Shown one piece after another: positions 44,144 to 52,925 of a stretch of 64,000 bases of DNA. A program made the translations under genes and the position numbers. The stretch spans positions 62,001 through 126,000 of the forward strand of contig BROI01000032.1 in assembly GCA_027923505.1 (NCBI GenBank), given 5' to 3'. The notes under the pieces were generated by a model that did no database searches, was not told the origin of the DNA, and saw nothing but the letters and a program-made list of their open reading frames with translations. Source of the stretch: Mayamaea pseudoterrestris. Lineage: Eukaryota. Position 1 is the first letter of the stretch; each line of letters starts with the position of its first letter.

Positions 44144-45296
44144 ATGAACAATGTTATGACATCCTTGAATGTAAAGCGCGTCGCATGCGCTTTGATTTTC
44201 TTGCTCATCCTCGTCTCGGTGAAAGTGACAGTGGTCCGCTTTGTCGATCCAAATGGACTCCTCGCCACTCGACGAGAACACTTGAGGTACAGCGACCTGT
44301 CGAACAAGGTTCACGACATGTACTCGGACGAGCAATTTGGATCTGGAAGCGCTATCTACAGCAATGAGACTCTAGGGACGCCATCGTCGTTTCGTCCATT
44401 GGACATTCGAAATCAGTCGCTAAATGCGCCAAAGGCATTCAATCTTGCCATGGTATACCCAATGTCCAAAGACTGCAATTGCGTCACTGACATGAATGGT
44501 CGAGGACCTTGCTGCGTCAGATACTACCGACGACCTCATAAGATGGGAAACATACAGAGCTTGCAGCTCCTGCCGGAAGGAGTGCGCGACTTGATACGCA
44601 TCACATCGAGCGAGTTCTTGAAACGGTCACCAGCATATGATTATCGCGACGTAGTATTGGTCAGAGACTTGTACAGTGCTGTTATATCGGGATATTTGTA
44701 TCAGTAAGTTAGTTGGGGAGCGTTGTTTGGAATAGGCTAAGTTTGCGCACCTCTCACATTTACGCCGCGCACCTTATCACAACAGCATATCCGGCAGAGA
44801 ATGTTGGCTGGACATGTATGGACGACCGACTAACTTTACGTTTCGGTGGATCGATCATTTCTGGCATGATCTTGATTTTGAAGCCGCCCCGCCCCGCAAT
44901 GACAGAAATCTTTGCCGATACTTGGTTGAGGAGTCCACCTACGCTGGACTTGCCATGTACACGCAAATGTCAATGATTTGGTTCCGCGACCTTGTATCCA
45001 GCCATCGGTATAGTGCGAAACACGAAGACGCAAAGCGTACGCTGTTTGTCTGCTTTGGCGACTTGGAAGCGTCCCAGCCAAAAATACTAGACCACTTTTT
45101 TCCGGGCGGTCACGAGTTCAAGCTTGAATTACCGCCAGCAATAGTGTCAAGCGATATTTATGGCGGCGGTCACTCGACGAGTCGCAATGCAAGTCTTCGC
45201 GGCGAGTTGAGGGATTTACTCGTTGCCATTGACAATCGCCAATACTCTGGGGCGCTTAGAAAAATGAACCAGGAGTTGGGTTGCGCAGACGATTAG
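44144..45296 (+). CDS. Type II membrane protein, sulfotransferase-like; 2 exons
   Basis: N-terminal TM. PHKMGN resembles the 5'-PSB motif and VVLVRDLYSAVISGYLYH the 3'-PB motif. The intron at 44704-44785 joins YH|ISGRECW in frame. Confidence 0.6.
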
Positions 45297-45683
45297 TTGA
45301 GCATTGTGTTCCATGCGACATGATGGAGTTATTATGTGCAACGTTACTCCCCTTAATGAAGTCAGGTATCGGGTTATAACATACGCTACATCTTATCGGT
45401 AGAAGTGATATCATCAAGGCAATGGCAGTCGATCAGACTAGAGATATCATCATCGTTTGCCAATGACCTATGCCGAGGCAGCCAGGCAATGCAAACAAAT
45501 TTGTAAAAAGACGAGAACATAAAGGCGCCAAAAGTCGTAGGCAAACATGTTTTTCTTATTATGAATTATTGCTTACATCAACGTGTCGCTTGTGCGAGCC
45601 CAGTATGGCTCACTGGCAACAAGCCAACGCTCGTCCCACGGCCATGGAGCAGACAAAGAGCCACAGCAGAAGCGAAAACAATA

Positions 45684-46523
45684 CTAGCTGGTTTTCGAAA
45701 ACACAGATCGAAGATACTTCCTCGTATTGCTAATAGTTTCCGACGTTTCATTGGATCCCAAAGACTTATATTGCTTCACAACCGTCGTGACAAACTTTGG
45801 GACGGACGCCAGCATAATCACCGTCAAATGATGACACAGCAAGCCGCCATTCACCTCCGTATACAGCAAGACACTTTTTACTTTGAGGCATCGATCAGAC
45901 TTGGAGTGAGAGCTCCGTTTTGTTCTCTCGAGTAGCATGCCCTTGCTGATGCTAATGCCGCCAATGCAGGCAGCCAAAGCGTCCAAAGTATCTCGCGCAA
46001 GTTCGCTAACCCGAAATTGCACCGTCATTTTGAATACCAAGGGAATGATCGGTTTTGTAAAGCGAAACGTATCAGCGCGGTCCTGCTCCCAGAGAATGTG
46101 TGACGATAGCTGACATTTCGATTGGTAACTTGTCGACGCCAGTTTTTCGGGTGTGATCCAATCTATGAAATCGGGAAAAGGAAGCAAATATACAACTTTG
46201 ACCAGCATGAACGGATAGCTGTCCTCGCCATGCACATATTTTGGAACGTGGTTGTCGCGAGCCTCGTCGTCAAAGCTCGACAAATTGACAATCTCATTCA
46301 CCATCAAGGCTTGCGTAGCGTCCAACTTGTGCGTGCAATCCAAACTAAACAATGCACCACCTTGTTCCAGTATTTCCTTTTGCTCGCTCCTCATAACGTC
46401 GTAGTCATCAAAGCCCAAACATTTAATGTCGGGGCATTCGTCGGCCACACGCGAAATATTCAAAGTAATGGATTGCTCCTCATCGGGCGAAACGGGCGAG
46501 CAGTCATTGCTCGTCGAAGTCAT
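45684..46523 (-). CDS. Hypothetical protein; C-terminus possibly START/lipid-binding-like
   Basis: ORF from ATG 46523. The terminal strand-strand-helix pattern KVKSVLLYTEVNGGLLCHHLTV…VPKFVTTVV is only suggestive of the fold. Confidence 0.6.
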   Translation of the reverse strand: MTSTSNDCSPVSPDEEQSITLNISRVADECPDIKCLGFDDYDVMRSEQKEILEQGGALFSLDCTHKLDATQALMVNEIVNLSSFDDEARDNHVPKYVHGEDSYPFMLVKVVYLLPFPDFIDWITPEKLASTSYQSKCQLSSHILWEQDRADTFRFTKPIIPLVFKMTVQFRVSELARDTLDALAACIGGISISKGMLLERTKRSSHSKSDRCLKVKSVLLYTEVNGGLLCHHLTVIMLASVPKFVTTVVKQYKSLGSNETSETISNTRKYLRSVFSKTS

Positions 46524-46841
46524 GCTTGACTGTTTATAATGGTGCTGCACGATGATTTACTCTGTCGTTTGCCTTTATACGACACTTCAGGCGGTCAATG
46601 ATCCCGTTCGCTGCGTGGAGATGATGTTGTGATCGGCATGTGGTCCATGCGGGTCAATCGATGCCAAGATCCGCCTTCGAAACGATTTCCGAAAAGTGAC
46701 GTCGCACCAAGACTCAAAAATGAGTGAATGTCGAAAAGCAGTCCGTATTATACCGGCAGATGACTCAAATCAATAGTAAGAAACTACCGGTAAATGAACC
46801 CTTTTGTCTAAACGTCGTTATTAGCTACCGGTAAATTTCAT

Positions 46842-47731
46842 TTAGTAAAGGAATGGAAGTCCAGTGATGAGGTTGTCGAGGCCATCGAACCCAGGGGACA
46901 CGAGGTTCTGGCTGTTGTGGCGGAGGAGCTCCAAGGTGGCAAGCATGGCCAAACGTCCGTCTGTGAATGAAAATAATGTCATAGATGAGTTGAGGTTCTC
47001 GATTTGTTTGCTGATCCGTGCCGGAACAATGAACAATGCTGTCAAATTGCCCGGTTAAACGTATCCTGAACTAGACGTTGAATACTTACTTTGAAGTTCT
47101 TGTGTCTGGCGCTTCTTGAGGGTGTCTGGGTCAAGGTCGGGCTTGCCGACTTCAAAGTCTCCGAGGATTCCCCAGTAGTCGACGGCTCCAATGAAGAAGA
47201 ACATTTGCGCCCAGCCGAGGGATGGGATGGCCGAAAGGGCAGCAACACCGTTGGGAACCTCAGCGCATGGCAGACCTGGGGCAATGTCGAAACCGAATCG
47301 GTAGAACTCTGGAACGACGAATCCGACAACAGCAAGCATGGCCTGTGAATGTCAAGTAGGAGGGGCGACTTAAATAATGAGCGATATTATATGTAATGCA
47401 TACAACTTTGATCATAAATAAAAAGACGTACAACTCGGCCGTGCTTCAATTCAACGGCGCGGTATTCATCGAACTTGGCCTCGGTAGTAGCAAGGCCTAG
47501 CGGGTCCCAGTATCCAATAGGAGGCTTCCATTTTCAAGGAAAAGAGTAGTCTGTTAGTACATGGCTCGAACTTTAACAAAGGATTCTTCTGGTCTACATT
47601 AACTTTCTTACCAATGCACCAGCCTTCTCCTCGAACGAAACGGCGCTCATGGCCGAGCTCGAGGATTTCTGGCTTGCCGGGGCAAAGGCAGCGGCAGAGG
47701 CGACAAGGGAGGCAACAACAGCAAGCTTCAT
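46842..47731 (-). CDS. Fucoxanthin-chlorophyll a/c binding protein of a different subfamily (possibly Lhcq-like); 4 exons
   Basis: MKLAVVASLVASAAAFAP presequence. Introns lie at 47525-47611, 47343-47431 and 46961-47089. Motifs GYWDPLGL, ELKHGRV|AMLA and ELQNGRLAMLATLELLRH…ITGLPFLY. Confidence 0.93.
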
Positions 47732-48028
47732 GGTGGACAGTATGGTGCGTGGGAAAGTGCGACAGCCAGCGACGTGACGATGGCGAGGATCGGCAATCTT
47801 GAACTTCAACTGCGCGAAGTTAATCATCGCACCGGTACTAAGTAACTCCATCATCCATAACCTTCCCGTCAATCGTGGAAACGGATCCTGTCGCGCGAGC
47901 AACCATGGCCAGGTTCTTTGAACCGGCGAAGCGTTTCACTTGCCAGATTCGTGATTACTCTCGCTATCTTGGATGAAATCGGCGTCAAGTCCAGTAGAAG
48001 CAAAAGTGCTCTGGAAAGCACCAGGTGT

Positions 48029-50683
48029 ATGAGCACCAGCATGACTTCACCTTCACCGTCGACCAAACTTTGGGTTCGCTTTTCGGACAACGACTCTGTC
48101 ACGGTAGAGCAGGTTGGAGGCAAGGGTCTTGGCTTGCTTCAATCTCAACGAGCAGGATTTAACGTTCCCGACGGTTTTGTCTTGACAACTACATTCTTTG
48201 ATCCTTGGATCGAGCAAGTCAAAGCAACTGAGGAATTTCATACTCATGTTGCCGATAAGTCGCGAGATGCATGCGACGCTTTAAAGGCCCTCTGCAATAC
48301 ATTGTCGTTGACAAAGGAGCAGAAGAACGCTTTAAATGAAGCTTCTGATTCTATCTCATCGATGCTTGTTGCTGTGCGATCCTCGGCGCCGCATGAAGAT
48401 TCCGCTGGGGCAAGCTTTGCTGGCATGTATCATTCGACTTTGTCAGTGCCAATGGAACGTGGAGAGTATTTGATACAGGCGATTCGAGACTCGTTTGCGT
48501 CCATGTTCGATTATCGAGTCGCTTCAATGCTCAAGAATTTGTCAGCGTCTGACTTGAGCTTTGCCGTCGTGGTGCAACACCAAGTCGATGCGGCGGTGAG
48601 CGGCGTTGCATTTTCTCTTGATCCACTCAGCAATTGCTACGACGAAGCTGTCATTGGCGCCAATTTTGGGCTTGGAGAAACGGTTGTCGGAGGGCTTGTT
48701 ACGCCTGATACATACAAGGTCGATAAGTTTAAACGAACAATTACGTCGAAACAAGTTTCTGCAAACAAGACACTTTCCCATGTTATCAACCAGGACGGGG
48801 GATTTGGCGTTCGGGAGCAGCCGGTTCTTAATCCATCTATCCAGGCGCTTTCTGACGAACAGATCCTACGAGTAGCAGACCTTGTCACAGACGTTGAAAA
48901 GTCGAGAGGTGGCGAGCCTGTCGACATTGAATGGTGCTTTGGTCAAGATGGCATTTTGTACCTTCTTCAAGCTCGGCCCATCACCAGCTACGTCAAGCTG
49001 TTTCCGGAGATGGTTACCCAACCTAGAGAGATTAAACAACTCTATATGGACGGCATCATTGCATCGCAGGGATTCTCTAGCCCGATGTCAGTCTTGGGCA
49101 TTGACATTTGGGGTCGAATGGTCGAAAAAGTTCTGCCGCACTATTCTCATGGTGAGGATGGCTTGGTTTGGGAAATCCATGGACGTGAATATGTTATTTT
49201 GTCGCGAATTTTAGCAATGCGTAATGGCGACTCGATGCTGAACAAGGTAGCGGAAGCATCAGGTGCGCATGTGCGGCGCGCGCTTGAAACGATTGACTTT
49301 GACGATTATCGGCCAGAGGCCGTGACGCAAAAGAACAAGTATTTCTTGTTTGCAACCTTCAAATTTATGTTGGGCTTGGCTGCAGCTGTAATGTGGGGTT
49401 TATGGAACCCCGACAAGGCGTTTGATTCGTATAACAAAGGCTGGCAGGAGCTTTTCGAGCAGTACAAGGTTGGCGGTCCTGGCGATGAAGATGACCTCAC
49501 CTTTAGCGAAGAAGTTGACAATTCCATGACGCGCATTTGCAATCTCTTTGCCAAGCAAATGTGCGTCTTGGCTACTTATTATTACAAGTGGAGACTTGGA
49601 CGCATTTTTGCTGGTGACGCTGACATTGAAAAACTTCTTGTCGCGTTAGATATGGATTTGAATGGCAATCCAACCTCAGAGATGGGGCACGCCATGCTTG
49701 ATATTGCGAGCTTCACGGAAGTGCAAGACTGTCCTTCGGGCCAAGCGCTTGTCGAGAAGCTTGAAAAGAATGAAGTCTCGCCCGAAGTCTCGGCTGCTGT
49801 AACGTCTTTCGTCGCCAAGTTTGGATGCCGTGGAATGCGGGAGATTGACATTGCAACGCCACGCTCTAGCGAAGATCTTGCGGCACTGATTGATCGTATC
49901 AAGCAAATTGATGTTGCCGATAATCAGATACTAAAGATGGTTGACCGAAAAAAGCAAGTTATGGAAACATTGCAGACGCGGGCGCGAGCCATTGGATATG
50001 AGAAACAGTTCCTGTACTATGCGAGCGTCATTCAGAAGATGGGCGGCTATCGAGAGCATCCCAAGTATGTCTTTGTGTTTATGCTAGCTCATCTTCGACG
50101 ACGCGCTTTGAAGCTTGGCGAACGGCTCGTTGCCGAAGGTCGTTTGCCAGACGTTGCGAGCATTTTCGACTTGACGCTCGAACAACTTGCGGAGGCAGAG
50201 AGGGATTCGAGTTGCGACCTCTTAGCCTGGATCAGTCAAAATAATGCTCCCTATATTGAGGTTGCTAATGTGAAAGACTGGCCTCTCCTCATTGATAGTC
50301 GCGGGAAAATTGTGCGAGGCAAGCGAGATGACGTTGAAGGCGGCTTGGGAGGCGACCCAATCTCGCCAGGAATCACATCGGGTAGAGCAAGGGTCCTAGA
50401 TTCTCCAGATGGCGAGCCGCTTGGTCGTGGGGACATTCTCGTGACAAAAGCCGCTGAACCAAGTTGGACGCCAATCTTCATCAATGCGTCCGCTGTCGTG
50501 TTGGAAGTCGGTGGCCCAACGCAGCATGGAGCTATCATCGCTCGCGAGTATGGCATCCCTTGTGTCAGCGGCGTGGAGGATGCTACCAAGCTCATCAAAG
50601 ATGGGCAGATGATTGAAGTCGATGGAGCCAGTGGCGTTGTCCGTTTCCTTGACGGAGAATTGACTGGCGACGGCAAACATTAA
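48029..50683 (+). CDS. PEP-synthase/PPDK-family phosphotransferase with rifamycin-phosphotransferase (RPH)-like domain order
   Basis: The N-terminal ATP-grasp has VGGKG, AVRSSAPHEDSAGASFAG and DIEW…LLQARPIT. The central domain has FGCRGMREIDIATPR and GYREHPKY. The C-terminal His-swivel is QHGAIIAREYGIPCV. The gene is intronless. Confidence 0.88.
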   Translation: MSTSMTSPSPSTKLWVRFSDNDSVTVEQVGGKGLGLLQSQRAGFNVPDGFVLTTTFFDPWIEQVKATEEFHTHVADKSRDACDALKALCNTLSLTKEQKNALNEASDSISSMLVAVRSSAPHEDSAGASFAGMYHSTLSVPMERGEYLIQAIRDSFASMFDYRVASMLKNLSASDLSFAVVVQHQVDAAVSGVAFSLDPLSNCYDEAVIGANFGLGETVVGGLVTPDTYKVDKFKRTITSKQVSANKTLSHVINQDGGFGVREQPVLNPSIQALSDEQILRVADLVTDVEKSRGGEPVDIEWCFGQDGILYLLQARPITSYVKLFPEMVTQPREIKQLYMDGIIASQGFSSPMSVLGIDIWGRMVEKVLPHYSHGEDGLVWEIHGREYVILSRILAMRNGDSMLNKVAEASGAHVRRALETIDFDDYRPEAVTQKNKYFLFATFKFMLGLAAAVMWGLWNPDKAFDSYNKGWQELFEQYKVGGPGDEDDLTFSEEVDNSMTRICNLFAKQMCVLATYYYKWRLGRIFAGDADIEKLLVALDMDLNGNPTSEMGHAMLDIASFTEVQDCPSGQALVEKLEKNEVSPEVSAAVTSFVAKFGCRGMREIDIATPRSSEDLAALIDRIKQIDVADNQILKMVDRKKQVMETLQTRARAIGYEKQFLYYASVIQKMGGYREHPKYVFVFMLAHLRRRALKLGERLVAEGRLPDVASIFDLTLEQLAEAERDSSCDLLAWISQNNAPYIEVANVKDWPLLIDSRGKIVRGKRDDVEGGLGGDPISPGITSGRARVLDSPDGEPLGRGDILVTKAAEPSWTPIFINASAVVLEVGGPTQHGAIIAREYGIPCVSGVEDATKLIKDGQMIEVDGASGVVRFLDGELTGDGKH

Positions 50684-51108
50684 GCCGCAATGTGGTGGCT
50701 TTCTCGTTCGAAAGCTTATTCTAACATCTTTTCTATTAAATCCGCACAAATGTTTCTTTCTATGAATGACAAATTAGAAATGCTATGGTAGTTAAGTAAC
50801 ACGCCTTCCCCCTTGGTGGCGCATTCGAGGTTCGTGGGCATAATTGCGAATTTTGGCGATCACGCAGAGAAACCGGATCGACATCCATTTACGGATGCGA
50901 CAGCTGAAAGATGCGACGAGTGACGATCAATCAACAGCAGCAATCATGGTAGCTTCCTCGTCTCTTGTTTCCCTTCTTCCGCTTATCTTTCCTCTCTGTC
51001 GTTGTGACTCGTATACGCCACATAGCAAGACTTTTAGAATGCGGAACGTTGGCTTGAGCATGCGTGTTTCTCGAGGAGGCGCACAGCAGCAGCCAGAATT
51101 AAGTAACA

Positions 51109-52190
51109 ATGGTGTTGAGAAATTTATCCGACATTACTGTTGGAGATCCATTCACTCACTCTGGAGGTGCGAAAGCATGGGCGTGTCTGCACGGACACGG
51201 ACATGCCTCATCGTCGGCATTCGACGAACCTGCCGCTCTACTGACTGCCGACTTTACAAAATTCCCACCACAATTAATAATATCAGCGAAACCTGAAGTA
51301 AACACAAATCTCACGCATGTGCTGGCTCGCGTGCTTGCGCAATGGAGTCTTGAACGCTTTCCAGCTCATGGACGTATCCAGCTGCCCGACGGAACAATGT
51401 ACAATCGCGGCATCAAGTCGAATGCTGATATTGAACAGCTGTTTGATTGTCTAGGCGAGGTTGTGGATATGGTTAATTCATTTGGTTCCGTTTTGGGCAA
51501 GATACCGAGGCGGTTGGTCCATGAGCACAACTTACTGCATCGCGGAATTGGCTTGTTTGTCACCAACGCGCCACACTTGCAACCGCACGCCTTGGTCAAG
51601 TCTCGCTGGTATGTGCACCGGCGAGCGTCTACAAAGCGTATCTTTCCGGACTTGTATGACATGTTCGTCGGAGGAATCTCCTTGGCCGGTGAGGATGATC
51701 ATACCACAGCGCTGCGAGAAGTCCAAGAGGAGCTTGGACTGAGTCAAGGGCGCTTGTCGGATCCACTCCTTACGTGCACTGTCTGTACAGACTACAATCG
51801 ATGCTTTGTAACCTTGTTTGCCTATCATATAAATCCGGGCGAAGAGTCGATCCGCTGGCAGGAGGAAGAGGTCGCTTGGGGTCAGTTTTGCTCCTATCCG
51901 ATCATACAAACGGCAGCTGACGCTTCCATAAAGCGGTTGATTGAGCGAAGAGCTTGGCCTGGCCGATATTCTGCTCTGCATTCCACAACAAGCATACCCG
52001 ACCCTGATAAGGCTGGAGTTTGCGACTGGGAGGCTTGGGATTTCGTTCCCGACGGACTCCTTGTGGTACGTGATATACGATGTCTTACTGCTCTGTGATA
52101 TTGTGGATCTCATTGTCACCTTCTTTGTTACAGTGGGAGGCATGGCTGGAGTATCAAAGCAAACTCATGCATGAAGCTGACATTAAATGA
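51109..52190 (+). CDS. Nudix hydrolase (YfcD/IDI-like) with an N-terminal extension; at least 2 exons
   Basis: LLHRGIG…VHRRASTKRIFPDLYDMFVGG and the Nudix box GEDDHTTALREVQEELG. The intron at 52066-52133 gives VPDGLLV|WEAWLEY. The 5' end is uncertain. Confidence 0.8.
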
Positions 52191-52925
52191 TATACGTCAA
52201 AAATTTGGTGTTGTATAGCCAGCATCCAGGCAGCCATAGTCCGTCGACAGGGATCGGTTTGCCCTGACCATTAGCACTTCTCCTATCTGCGCCAACTGTA
52301 AACGTGATTGTATTGCTAGCGTAGGTGAAATGATTCCAGAGTTCCATGATTAAAGCGCAGCAATACATCTACCAGCTTGTGAGCGTTTCAAGTGTTGGGG
52401 CAAACGCTCGTCACCTACTATACAGCCGCTTGACAGCTTAAACTCATTGTCTACTGTTAGAAGCTAGATCCCATTTTGCCGCAACATAGAATACAAGGAC
52501 TGTATTGCAATCAATCGGCCCATCACACAAGCAAATCCAGTCTTGGTGGTTAGCAAACTTGCGTCAGCCGTGACTCATCTCGCACGAATAAAATCGTTCC
52601 GTTGGCTTTCACATCGGCGGCGGTCGCTCGGAAGGAGTCGTCGTCGGCGTTATGAAGCTGAACGAAGAGAACCGCATCAAGTCTTGGCGTCTCCAATTCG
52701 TTCAAGGGCGGAAAGGCCATTTCTTTGAGCGTATATAGGCAAACATTAAGACTTGAATAAAGAGACGGAAGGCATCGCTGCAAAAGTATTCAAAAGACAA
52801 GGTGAATCGACTCGCTCAAAAAAGGCCTTGCTTCTTTTTCACTTGCATCCAGCCTCTGCAATCTACAACTAAACAACGGAACAGCTGCGGCATCAAGGTT
52901 TACAACTAATTAAGCAAACTTCATT

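Noticed and set aside
25304..47611. AAG 3' splice sites in the kinase (25304) and LHC (47525) introns
   Set aside because: AAG acceptors are a known minor variant and both restore the expected protein, so they are not novel. Exact boundaries need RNA-seq.
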